A DNA stretch of 63,927 nt, the filler included, from Octopus bimaculoides (lineage: Eukaryota): assembly GCF_001194135.2 (NCBI RefSeq). It is 5 parts of 5 records of this genome, joined end to end, with 100 filler letters (N's around TTAATTAATTAA, not from the genome) between each part and the next. Parts side by side here need not be neighbours in the genome. Positions count along the whole stretch, not along the records: positions 6,970 to 25,445 come from NC_068997.1; positions 25,546 to 51,651 come from NC_068991.1; 3 more parts are not named here. One strand, 5' to 3'. Below are positions 14,149 through 25,924 of the stretch, one piece after another. The notes beneath the pieces were generated by a model, which was not told the origin of the DNA, searched no databases, and saw nothing but the letters and a program-made list of their open reading frames with translations. The translations under genes were made by a program, and so were the position numbers. The stretch's first letter is position 1; each line of letters begins with the position of its first letter.

Positions 14149-15084
14149 TCAGTCAATTTCGGTGGTCAATTCGTGCACGGTTTGGTTCTCCGGTGTTGAG
14201 CGCTTTCCGGTAAATAGTTTCCATATACTCTGTCGTATGGCACCGTCACAGAGCCAAGCGAACGGTATCAATAACGATCCTATGAAATGAACGATAGAAG
14301 ACGTTTTTGCAAGATGGTTGTTGTTGCCGTTGGAGTCAATGAAAGCTAACATTGTGATGGTGGACGACATAGATATTACGTGTACTACAATTAGAAGAAC
14401 ACTGATTACCGCCACCGCACCCAGCACGTTGAATGATTTCCAAGGTTTCTCTTCGTTTCTGATAGCAATATACAGTAGCAAACTGAGGCAGACGACAATA
14501 GCACAAAGGAACAATATCGTACAAATTAGCTGACTCCATATTATAACGTCTGACAGCATAACTATACAGAAAGGAATCTCGTTTTCTGGTTGGCTAGAAG
14601 AGAGAGCAATCTCTTTAAGAAATATTACACCCCATATACCGCCAATTAAAATTAACTGAAAATAAATGAATTTCCGTTTTTGATGTTGATTGGGCATGAA
14701 ATGTTGCACTATGAAATCGATACAGATCGGAAATGTGAAATATTTTGTCCCATCTTCCAGCACGAGGTATAAAAATATGATAAAAGCACAACTACTGCGT
14801 GGCATATCTGGATACATATGGATATGCACCGTATAGAAGTAGTAAAACAAAGCAAAAAACGCATAGTTGAGTATATAGTTTAAGGAAGCTAGGCATTTTG
14901 CTTTTCTGTAAGAGCAACGATCTTGAACAATGACAAACAGTAGGAATCCATTGAACAGGAACATGATGATGGCAGAAATTAAGGAAGCCAAAAACATCCC
15001 GGAGAGTGTTACTGGATGTGGTTCCATATCTGTAAAATTCATATCTGCGTATTCATAATCGTTAGAGATATGCGTGTCCTCCAT
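14149..15084 (-). CDS. Divergent rhodopsin-like (class A) orphan 7TM GPCR, 311 aa, uninterrupted CDS
   Basis: Seven hydrophobic segments; TM1 Asn (LFNG), TM3 Cys plus ECL2 Cys (PFC), TM4 Trp, TM5 Tyr, TM7 Pro, helix-8-like RQSIWKLF, N-terminal NFT sequon. First ATG is at 15084; the track start at 15108 is TTG. Confidence 0.88.
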   Translation of the reverse strand: MEDTHISNDYEYADMNFTDMEPHPVTLSGMFLASLISAIIMFLFNGFLLFVIVQDRCSYRKAKCLASLNYILNYAFFALFYYFYTVHIHMYPDMPRSSCAFIIFLYLVLEDGTKYFTFPICIDFIVQHFMPNQHQKRKFIYFQLILIGGIWGVIFLKEIALSSSQPENEIPFCIVMLSDVIIWSQLICTILFLCAIVVCLSLLLYIAIRNEEKPWKSFNVLGAVAVISVLLIVVHVISMSSTITMLAFIDSNGNNNHLAKTSSIVHFIGSLLIPFAWLCDGAIRQSIWKLFTGKRSTPENQTVHELTTEID

Positions 15085-15102
15085 TGTGGTTGATGTGAAA
15101 AT

Positions 15103-15135
15103 CTGCAATCTGAAACGAAATTAGAAGACCGATTA
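15103..15135 (-). promoter_or_regulatory. Splice acceptor of a 5'-UTR intron of the GPCR
   Basis: Minus strand reads TTCTAAT (branch-like) TTCGTTTCAG|ATTGCAG|ATTTTC; AGs at 15111-15110 and 15104-15103, 19-26 nt before ATG. Confidence 0.6.
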
Positions 15136-15264
15136 AACAGTGTCAGCTTTTTTTTTTTAAGAACAAGATAACACATTTTAAGCAAAAGAAAAAAAGGGGG
15201 ACAAGATATAACAACTTCTCTCAACCTCAGTACTTGCTATTTGACTGCTATTTATTTTATAACT

Positions 15265-15372
15265 TATACATACATACATACGTACATATGTACATACATA
15301 CATACATGCATACATACATGCATACATACATACATACATACATACATACATACATACATACATACATACATG
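15265..15372. repeat. (TACA)n microsatellite in the putative GPCR intron
   Basis: Direct. Confidence 0.95.
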
Positions 15373-15857
15373 CTCACGTGTAAATATATATATTGCCTAC
15401 AGCCACAGTGTATCATTTGTCCCTTTCTTATGGGCAGAATCAGCACAGCTGATATATAGTGAACTGGATTACTGGCGTAATGCAAGTTATTGTTTGTTTA
15501 AAGGTGGAGGCGCGGGTGGAGGAAAGTGGATGGTACAATTTGCATGGGTTTGCATGAAAGTGCTTTCTGTTCTGAAGAAGGATCACAAACTACGTATTAT
15601 TTTATCGTATAAATTGGGGGTTAATACGATTTCGCCCAGAGATCACGTTTTCAAAATTTCATTTCCCCACCGCAATTTCTTAATTTGTAACATTTTTCGA
15701 AATTTTTTTTAAAGTTTAATTTTTCTTAAAGAAATACTCAATATCCCTTCCCTCACCTCGCCCATCCATCACCTACCCGCTTTCAAAAAGCTAAAGCCTC
15801 CCAATGTTTCACTTTCGTCTGATGTTTTACGCATGCAGACGCAAAAAATATGTCTGA

Positions 15858-16358
15858 ATAGATACTGAAATTCTTTCTGTTGTTATCGCACTGCTGGACA
15901 GTGCCACTGAGAAACCCATGGCAAGGCGAAATGACGTTATCTGACAGTTCTGGCAGTCGTAGCAGACGATGTTCGTCCATCAACGATATAATTTCGAGTG
16001 CTTTTACACACCACATTTACTTATGAGCGTTTCTCTCGGGGTAAGTGACGCAATATTCTGTGTTCTAATACAACCTCCATGTTAAGTTGGAGATCAAGAT
16101 TATATTTTGGTATTAATACTGCTTCTGTCGTTATCAACTATTTTTGAAAACGCCCACTGGCTATTTGCAGCACTAGTACCTGCATAGACACTGAAATTCT
16201 ATGTCGTTGATGGGAGGTTCGGCTGTTATTGCGCTGTTGGATTGTTGCCACTGAGACACCCAGAGCAGGGTGAAATGACGTTTTCTAGCAGTTCCGACAG
16301 CAGTAGCAGACGATTCTCGTCTGTGAACGATATAATTTCGAGTGCTTTTATGTACCAC
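15858..16358. repeat. Diverged direct duplication of a ~155-175-bp module
   Basis: 15858-16013 vs 16183-16358 share AACGATATAATTTCGAGTGCTTTTA, GTAGCAGACGAT, GCCACTGAGA and GAAATGACGTT. Confidence 0.8.
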
Positions 16359-16671
16359 TAGTCCTTATGAGAGTAGGACATCACCTTTACACACACACAC
16401 ACATTCTCTCTCTCTCTCTCTCTCTCTCCCCTCTCTCTCCTCAACATTTCCAAGGCCGTTGTTCTGCCAGAATTTCTTCTCTTGTTCTTCCTCTTAAGTT
16501 TTTTAATCGTGAAACTCATCATTCTACTAATTCCCACCATTTCACTGACAATTTCTCCTCCGGTAAGAACTGTTTCTATTCTAGCAGTTTCTTTTCTCGA
16601 ACACCTACATGTCATACGGAATTCTCTCCCCGTTCTTGCTTTCCTAACATATAATTATTTCTTTATTGCCC

Positions 16672-16873
16672 ACAAGGGGTTAAACATAGACAGGACAAAC
16701 AAGGACAGACAAACGGATTAAGTCGATTACATCGACCCAGTGCGTAACTGGTACTTATTTAATCGACCCTGAAAGGATGAAAGTCGACCTCGGCGGAATT
16801 TGAACTCAGAACGTAACGGCAGACGAAATACCGCTAAGCATTTCGCCCGGCGCGCTAACGTTTCTGCCAGCTC
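16672..16873 (-). mobile_element. tRNA-derived SINE (family B)
   Basis: Reverse-complement homologue of 11625-11838. Confidence 0.85.
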
Positions 16874-17245
16874 TGTATCGATCGCTTTATAGTTTAGAGC
16901 AGATTCTCGATAGATTTTCTTTTTCTTTTTTCTGTAATTCCCAACAATAACTGCAACAACGCACAGATATATCAAACATATATTTGTACAATCATATATG
17001 CACATATATACTCCATATCTGTCTGTCTGTCTGTCTGCCAGCCTGGGTGCATACCTATGTACATACGTAGAATTTATGTATGTATGCATTTGTATGTATG
17101 TATGTATGTATGTATGTATGTATGTATGTATGTATGTATTTATTTATGTATATATGAAGAGTTGTCAATATGAGCACAAAACCGACAATAACATTTTGAC
17201 CAGTTATTTGAAATAACCAGTCATATATTGCTTGACGATATAGAA

Positions 17246-17276
<31 letters not shown>

Positions 17277-17554
17277 TGTATGTATGTATATATGTCATTA
17301 TTTAGTTTTATTTTGAGAGTTCTGGCCAAGAGAAAAAAAAGCCGGTTTCTAACCTAGATCCAAGACATCTTCATTGGAAGTTCAACATTAACAGGCTATT
17401 TTTGTCTGTCTGTCTGTATGTATGTATGTATGTATGTATGTTTGCATGTATGTATATGCATATACTTCTGTGTTTTATTTTATGCATATATTCTCATGCA
17501 AATAGTTGCATGTCGAGACTTGCTCATATACTGATAGACATATAAATTATAGAC

Positions 17555-17970
17555 TTCTAGAAAGTTTTACAGATTTTTACACTTCCAGTGACGGCTTGGA
17601 TCTGTTGTAGTCTTCGAATTAGCTTTTTCCTTTCTGGTTTTGAGATGCCTAATTTCTCACAATTGGTAATTAAGCAGTATATTACATATCCCAGTGCCTC
17701 AATAATTACAGGTATAAACCTGAACTTGTAATCTTGATAGAGTAGTTGTAGATTTCTCAATAATTCATTGTAAGTATTTCCATTTTCACTGATCTTTAGC
17801 TTTATGTTAACATCTGCCGGGCAGCTGATTTCCACAACTATACACAGTTTCTCTTCTCTATCACAAATTACTATGTCAGTTCTATTATGTTTACATTTTA
17901 TTTAGGTCTTCACTGGGATATTCCTCCAGTACTCCTTTTTATTATGAGTGGCTACAGTTTCTACCATACT
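17555..17970 (-). mobile_element. R4/Dong-like non-LTR retrotransposon 3' fragment (restriction-like endonuclease)
   Basis: HNRTDIVICDREEKLCIVVEISCPADVNI...FIPVIIEALG matches the PD-(D/E)xK endonuclease C-terminus of R2-group elements. Confidence 0.7.
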
Positions 17971-18500
17971 GCAGGTTCTGATTTCTTATTTCTTGTGTGT
18001 GTATGTATGTATGTATGTATGTATGTATGTATGTATGTATGTATGTATGTATGCATTTAAGACCTATAGAGGCTCTAAGCACTTAGACAAATTTTGGTGC
18101 CCCATATGTATGTAATTCAAAATATAATCAATAATTAACCATAAAATAGATCTTTATTTTTCAAAATGAAGCAAATCTAACAGTAAGATGGAAAATAATG
18201 TTTATTTTTGTATACTTCTACTTGTATACTTTTCTCCTACATTTTTTATTGCACAGTCTTTGATCAGATTCTCACTGTGATATCATGAACACTTTGAAAT
18301 TATATTTCCGACCATATTGCTACTTTGAATATACTTAGTAAGTATAGTGTGACTTCTTTTGTGCCGTAAACCTTTACCATTTCTGTGGTGGCCCCCTTCT
18401 TCTTGATAGCCTAAGTACGTGCTTATTTTGCTTGATGGTTAATCCAGCGCTGTGTGTATGTATGTATGTATGTATGTTTGCATGTATGTATGCATGTGTG

Positions 18501-18534
<34 letters not shown>

Positions 18535-18775
18535 TGTATGTACGTATACATGTACGTATGTGTGTATGTGTGTGTATGTATGTATGTATGTAAGTATGTG
18601 TGTGTATGTATGTATGTATATACGTACGTACGTATGCGTGTGTGTGTGTACGTATGTATGCATCTGCGTACTTCCGGTTATTCTATCCTACTATTGGTGG
18701 TTTCTGTGATAAGCTACACATACACACACACATACACACACACATATACACACACACATACACACNNNNNNNNNN

Positions 18776-18819
<44 letters not shown>

Positions 18820-19794
18820 TATTTCGTTATTAACAATGAAATCAAACATTCGCACAAACACTCACATGCATTCAAACGTACACACATATGAGTATGTGTT
18901 TGTATATATGTCTATCTGTGTGTTTGCGTGTGTACAAATTTTAAACTGCCAAAACAAGAACAAACAGATAAGATAAAACAAATGAAATGAAACCACATCT
19001 TATGTTTGCCTCTCGAGCAAGAAAATCGACGAATGACGAAATGAATTCTGTGCAATTAATGAATTTACGTGCCCACAAGGCAATTGCTGACATCATGATA
19101 AGTCATCAGACTTTAAGTGTGAACACATCAGATGTCTGCAAAAGTGGACCATTAATCGTAGACGTCTTAAATATGTATCAACGTGTGAGCTATGTGGTTA
19201 CCCGACTCAATCTTCCACAAATTACCTTACCGTCTTAAAATGCACGGACACGTTGATTAATGTAATCCACTGCGTTCTATATCTGAAAAGACGGCTGGTT
19301 AGTCAAAGCTTAGATTAATAGCTTAGATTAAACAACAAAAACATTCTTGAATAGATTCATCGAAGGTACTTTTAAAGAATTGCATCGCAACTCTTCGTTG
19401 GACTTGTCAAGTTCTGAAATATAAGAGTTGGCTTATAATAGAGAGGTCATCTCTTTCTACATAATTCCAATATCGTTATCGTTACCACTACCAACGCCAG
19501 GTTACTATTTTGTTATTTTACAATGGAATTATTCTACAGTAACAGCTAAAAGAAGTGGAATACGATAAGTGAAAAAAAAGTTCCGTACTTACTTGTAATG
19601 AGTAGCGTTGTGGTGGGTTGTTGCCTCTGTACTTGCTTGTTACCGCCAGACAAATACCTCCATTACTGAAAACTGCAGTTTCCTGCTCGCTTACTTATAT
19701 ATATATATATATATATATNNNNNNNNNNNNNNNNNNNNNNNNNNNNNNNNNNNNNNNNNNNNNNNNNNNNNNNNNNNNNNNNNNNNNNNNNNNN

Positions 19795-19840
<46 letters not shown>

Positions 19841-20397
19841 TTATGTATATATATGTCTCTATCTATTTCACTTTAATTTCTTTTTGGTATCTCTACCTTT
19901 CTTTCTTTTTTCTATCTTTCTTTTTCTCTCTGTCTTTGTCTGTCCGTTTGTTTCTCTTTCACGTATTTCTGTTCTCTTTTTTTTCTCATCCCTTTTCTTC
20001 CTTTTCTTTTCTTTCATACACTTTGAGTCTCACCCTTTCTGTTTCTCTCCCCCTACCATGCCCCCCTCTTTACTTCCCCTCATATATTTCTATATCTCAT
20101 TAACAAATTCTCTCTCCTCCCACACATTTGACCCCTTTCTTTCTCCTTTCTCCCTCTCTATCGATTGTACTTTTCCCATCTCATTGCCCCTCTCTCTCTG
20201 TTTCTCTTCTATCTCATTAATCTTCCCACTCCACCACCATCCAGCTAGTATTTTACGCCAGTCTCAATCCACCCGTCTACTTCAGTCAACTGGCAATCAC
20301 TCCAACCCTTTAACCTTTTCTCAAACACTTCCTAACTGCACTACCGACCGATTCTACACCCAATTTGAATAGTCACACAATGTATTTGAAGCAAGAA

Positions 20398-20398
<1 letters not shown>

Positions 20399-20463
<65 letters not shown>
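20399..20463. repeat. (AAT)n microsatellite
   Basis: Direct. Confidence 0.95.
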
Positions 20464-20467
<4 letters not shown>

Positions 20468-20765
20468 CAGTTAAAAAATAAAGTTAATGGTGGTTTAACG
20501 GATGTATTTAGAACTATGGAAGACACTAAGGATATAAAAATGTTAAACGAGTCTTTAAAGTGAAAAAAATTGACTTTAATCTCGAAGAAACTTTGTAATT
20601 AATTCATGAATCACAGACATAATTAATTTTTAAAGCAAAAATAGACTTACCAAAGCTTCTGTAGAGCCGCATCTATTATATCATTGACCAAACAGAACAA
20701 TGCCTTTATCACCATTTTTCCCCCTTTCCAATACGATCACAACGACCACAACTACTCTTTAAACG

Positions 20766-20825
20766 TTCTTCTTCTTCTTCTTCTTCTTCTTCTTCTTCTT
20801 CTTCTTCTTCTTCTTCTTCTTCTTC
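20766..20825. repeat. (CTT)n microsatellite
   Basis: Direct; source of the poly-Leu ORF. Confidence 0.95.
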
Positions 20826-20889
20826 TATTATTGTTTCTGATTTTGAATCTTTCTATAATTATTTTAATGACCAAGCTTTGTGGCAGCGT

Positions 20890-21180
20890 TAATATATCTT
20901 TGTAGAAGGTGTTTTGGTCTCTTCTTTGGATGGGAACAATGTGAGGGTAAATTCAATTAAAGAGCATGGACTTGTAGCTTTTTGTAGCTACAGATGAGAG
21001 TACAATTGTTCTGTAGATCCAAAGTAGGTGAAGATCGCTTTTTTTTTTTTGGAAGAGGAATAACTGAAGGCTTCGAGAAGGTTGGTTTGTTTCGTTTATA
21101 GGTCTCATTCAAGAAGTCCATCAGATGCGTTGTGGAAAAGTTGACTCTTCTAGAAGATGGTTGGGAGCTTAGACCTTATA
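20890..21180 (-). mobile_element. Decayed LINE RT fragment (RTE-like)
   Basis: Manual translation SVIPLPKK...IVLSSVATKSYKSMLFN*IYPHIVPIQRRDQNTF resembles the N-terminal RT blocks. Confidence 0.6.
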
Positions 21181-21199
21181 CCTTTTTAGACATTTCAGA

Positions 21200-22041
21200 A
21201 TTTTGTAATATTATTTTATTCACCTAGTTTTACATGTTTATACTTTTATTGCATTCAAAGTATTCTCCATTTGAAGCAATGCATCGATCCAAACGCATTT
21301 TCCACTTCGAAGCAGCCTTGGAACTTTTGCCTCCGTCATTTTTTTTTTTCTTCACCTCTTCCACATCTGCAAATTCCGTATCACCAGCTTTCGTCACCAG
21401 TGATGTCTTTCGAAAAAAGGTCCGGATCAATTTCCAACTCTTCTTTCAGTTCACGACATGCATTCAGTTGTGACTGCTTTTGATCTTCCGTGAGCACAAA
21501 TTTTGCTGCAACTCTTTTCATTCGGAATTCCTCAATCAAAATTCGTTGACAGGAGCTCCAGGACACACCAGACATATCAACAAGTCGGTCAATTTTTCGG
21601 TGATGGTCCTCCATGATCAGTTTATGAATTTTCATGATGTGTTTATTCGTTCGGGAAGTCGCCAGACACCCTGAACGAGGTTGGTCTTCAAGCGACAAGT
21701 GACCATTCTTAAAGCGTGAAAACCACTCGTAAACTTGTGTTTGGCTCATAGCACATCGTCCATATAAGCTGCTTGAAGCATGGAACTGTTTTGGCCACCG
21801 TTTTCCCCAGCAGAAAACAAAATTTCACGTTGTTCCTTCGTTTCGGTTACCGCAAAAATCGACGAACAAGGGAGAAGCACTACAAAACAAGAATACACCA
21901 CGTGGCAGTACGACTTCACTCGACGATGCCGGTCGGTATACTGATGCCTGAGGGTCGCATCAAGTTGCTTCTAGCGGCGGAAGCCTGAACTACAACGGGC
22001 TTGTCTCACAGAGAACGTTTTCGGTTACTTTTGAGTACCTC
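21200..22041 (-). mobile_element. mariner DNA transposon, internally deleted
   Basis: VYEWFSRFKNG..LEDQPRSG, ITGDESW, FADVEEVKK, WKMRLDRCIASNGEYFE; 5' end abuts a TA repeat. Confidence 0.9.
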
Positions 22042-22072
<31 letters not shown>

Positions 22073-22574
22073 GCTCTCTGTCGCGTACACATACACACAC
22101 GTATATGCATATAGATACGTGCACACGCACACATACACATAGTGAACAAAAACGAAAGGGTAGTCCAAACCATTACCACACATGCTTCAATAACATTATT
22201 TATTTCAAATACGAATTCATTACATAACTTATTAGATAACCTTTCTTTAATTCGTTATGATACGCAACCGTTCCATTTCTTCGCCTAAGATTTTGGCGAA
22301 AATACAGTAAATCTGTAAGGAAAGAGAATATTTATAGCAAAGCAAAATGAAATGAGAAAGTTCAGCGTAGAGTAGTGATATTAAATTTGGCGACAACTGA
22401 AACAACATGATTCCAAAGGCAACTAAAACAATGTATCCTTTCCAGCTAACATGGTGATTATTAAAGTAGGTTGTATAAAACGTAGATGGTCTGGGGTTGA
22501 TCTGGGGTCGCTTGCTCAACGACCTCAGGTCACTAGGGTTGTGACAGTTGCCAGTGGGACTAGGCTTTCTGACA

Positions 22575-23470
22575 CGCGCACTAGCTGTCATTTTTGGCGA
22601 ATTTGAGATCTACTCATCCTGAAATGGGTGATGGGGTGGCAGTGCTATTTAGGAAAGGCCTGGATCCCGAAGTACGGACGTTCTTGCTGGATCCAGATAG
22701 TAAGTTGGTGGTCTTGGATGTGAACAATAGCGAAGGCGGTACTTTTAGACTTGTGGCGGAGGGGCAACGCGGAAACAAAACTACAATTTGGTCTTTGACG
22801 GGTTGGAATGGACGCATGATACTCGCTCGAATCCAAGCAAGTGTGTGTGGAATTTCAGCGGCACTTTGCTGAACCGAATGGAGCTCGCAGTGAGTCGGAG
22901 ACAGGGGTGGGTTTCGGCTCCTACCTGGGCAGTATGCCGCGCCTTTCGACCGGTGATGCAGGGTTCCGCGAAATGCAGATGACAGCCGGAAACTTGTGGG
23001 ACGCGATGACTAGCTGCACAAGAAAGAAATCTCCGGAGTTGGACGATCTTCCTTTCGAGCTTTATCTTCAGATGTCAGACTTGTTCGGTGATCTCTTGGC
23101 TGATGTCTACCACAACTGGCACCAGAACGGGAGAATTCCCATTGCTGTGAGCTATGGTGTGGTGATATTGCTGAGAAATGACCCAAACTAGATAATCTTA
23201 GGCCCGCCATTTTGCTGAACCCAAATTTCAAGATCTTGGTCAAGGTGTTAGCCAAGGGGTTGGTATTTGTCCATAAACTGGTCGGTGACACACAGACATG
23301 TACTATCCCAAATAGATCAGTCCATGACAACCTCCACCTTACGCGTTTATAACATAGAGAGCGTGGGTAAGGAACCTGGCATGGGTGAGACCGCGATCAA
23401 ATTGGATCAATAAACAGCTTTTGATAGAGTCGATCAACAATACGGTTTCGGTTCCGTATTCAGAAGCTTA
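22575..23470 (+). mobile_element. Tx1/L1-like LINE fragment (APE endonuclease and RT, deleted and frameshifted)
   Basis: GVAVLFRK..LLDPDSKLVVLDV..FRLVA; KKSPELDDLPFELY; LDQ*TAFDRVD. Confidence 0.8.
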
Positions 23471-23944
23471 ACTCAGAATATAAAGACGGAGGAAATGTCG
23501 CTAAGCATTTTGCCCAGCGTCCTAACGACTCTGCCAGCTCGCCGCCTTACCTTACTCATTATATTACAATTACCTTCACAGCGCAGTAGACAACCTTACC
23601 CTGAGTTTTAGACATTTAAAATGTAAATAATGTTAATTCTCGCAGGAAGTTACATGCTGTCATTTTTCAACCTTGTCCTCCAATCTTCCACTTCATCCTC
23701 TCTGTCCTTCTCCCTTCGACCGTCTCTCTCACCGACCACTTCCCCCTGTCTATCAATTTTTATCACTGTCTTTATGGTATTTTCAGAAGTACTGAGAAAA
23801 GGAAGTAAAACAGTAACAGCGATTTGTTATATTGTGTTTTATGTAATAACGATAATTACACGAGTAACCGCGTTGCGCATTAATCGAAATCAATCAAATG
23901 TCATTGTCAGTCACAACATACCGTGTTACACACACACACACACA

Positions 23945-23999
<55 letters not shown>

Positions 24000-24016
24000 G
24001 TGTGTAAAACCATAGG

Positions 24017-24319
24017 TAATTATACACCAAGAGGAAAACCACTAAGTGGGTTCCTTGCATGCTGAAAAATATCAGATCTTCAAACCACGAATAAATGTTC
24101 TCTTCCATAGCACGTTGGATGTAAGCAGGCAAGACAATATAAAAAAAAAAATTTTAAGACTAGTTATTTCCATACTTTGGAATTTCACCATTAATAATTA
24201 AACAACTATCTGCGGATCTTCAGTAGAGAAAAAGATTGTTCTTTTCGTGGTTTGAAGATCTGACATCTTTCAACACGCAAGGAAAAAACGTAGTGGTTTT
24301 CTTCTTGGTGTATAATTAC
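24017..24319. mobile_element. MITE-like foldback element
   Basis: ~85-bp imperfect inverted arms (GTAATTATACACCAAGA / TCTTGGTGTATAATTAC; CAGATCTTCAAACCACGAA / TTCGTGGTTTGAAGATCTG). Confidence 0.7.
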
Positions 24320-25149
24320 ACACTTATCTATATAAATGTACTTTACAGCCTACAGACGCTTTTTTGTGCATGCTGGCCACTGGTATAAATTATTTAAAAT
24401 AATTTCTACCTTCAATACACTTATCTATAATACATTAAAGGTCAGTTTCAATCTTGCTTGTTTGCTTTCCTGATACTCAGCCAAACTGGCGCATAATGGG
24501 AAAATACTATGAATTAAATTTACACTGAAATGTTAATAGAAACGGAATGAAACAAGATTCGCGTAAATTTGAGAATTAGTTATCGAGATATTCGGGGTTT
24601 GGGGTATAAATATCCCAAACGGTGCATAATGTTCAAATGCTTCGAATTTAACTTCATCCTAAAAAGGAATAAACTCTAACCTTTCGCTTAGACTGATTTG
24701 ACAACGAAAAAATACGATTTGTTTTTCTTTTTACAGTTAATGTATATATATATATATATATATATATACAACCTTCGACAGAGTAACAGTCATGTATACA
24801 ACTTAAACAGACACACATATCAATGCATAAACATACGTTTACATATACATACACATATACATACACGCAGACACGTCTACACACTGACATACGTAAATGC
24901 TCACATACATACAGGCATACATACATGCATACATGCAATCATACATACATACATACATACATACATACATACATACATGCGTATATACATGCATACGCAT
25001 GTACACGTCTGCATACGTACATGCATACATCCACACATACATACATCCACACATACATACATTCATACATACATACATATGATGAACTTCGTAACCTCGG
25101 TTTTTTCCCTGGGATTTTTTTCGAGTGCATTCAACGTTATCTCACCACC

Positions 25150-25267
25150 AAAGATTTCGCTGCTATTTCTAGCACGCCCTGCTACTACGTAATAGTTATT
25201 TGCGATAAAGGATCCGACACACCTGTTACGTGGTAGCAGGGTGTGCAAGAAATAGCAGTCAAATCTT
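25150..25267. repeat. 45-bp imperfect inverted repeat with short loop
   Basis: AAGATTTCGCTGCTATTTCTAGCACGCCCTGCTACTACGTAATAG vs CTGTTACGTGGTAGCAGGGTGTGCAAGAAATAGCAGTCAAATCTT. Confidence 0.8.
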
Positions 25268-25445
25268 ACCTTTTCCGGGGGAAAGGAGCCGTTTACGCGT
25301 GATTTCGACGTCACATTCGTTGAAAGCATGCGAAATAACCTGGAAAAGACCCACGAAGCAAAACTCCGTTGCTGGGAAACTGAGTTTCCTGATGACCCAA
25401 CCGGCCACGAGTTGTCTAGTCTAGTATATATGTGTGTGTATATAT

Positions 25446-25545
25446 NNNNNNNNNNNNNNNNNNNNNNNNNNNNNNNNNNNNNNNNNNNNTTAATTAATTA
25501 ANNNNNNNNNNNNNNNNNNNNNNNNNNNNNNNNNNNNNNNNNNNN
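25446..25545. other. Scaffold-join gap with TTAATTAATTAA linker
   Basis: 44N+12+44N. Confidence 0.95.
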
Positions 25546-25559
25546 GGCTTTCCTACCAC

Positions 25560-25916
25560 ATGTCGGTCGAGTTGCAAAAGCTGCCGAACGTCAACTCGAT
25601 GGCGATGGCGGATATCATAACTCGGGCTCGCATGCTAGTTTCGTGTTGCAGGTCGACGCCGTTAGCGACAACTGCAACAGTGAAAAGTGACCGAGCAAGG
25701 AGTAGCGGAGAGGGATCGAACAAGGAACGTGTGCGACCATTCAAAGGACAGTGTTTCCGGTGTCAGGGCCCGCACATGGTGCGAGACTGCAAATTACCCA
25801 AGCCTGAGGTCATTTGCTACCGGTGTCGAGAAATAGGACATATAGCCAGCGAATGTCTGCAGGGAAACGGTCTTAGGGAGACTCTTGCGCCAGTAGTTAT
25901 CCCTTTGGATCAATAG
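25560..25916 (+). pseudogene. gag: gag C-terminus with two zinc knuckles
   Basis: CFRCQGPHMVRDC and CYRCREIGHIASEC. Confidence 0.85.
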
Positions 25917-25924
25917 AGGCACGT

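Noticed and set aside
15085-15108. N-terminal extension MQIFTSTT of the GPCR
   Set aside because: The track start is TTG inside the acceptor region; the first ATG is at 15084
25395-25424. Helitron 3' end (CTAG CTAG)
   Set aside because: Subterminal hairpin is only 4 bp
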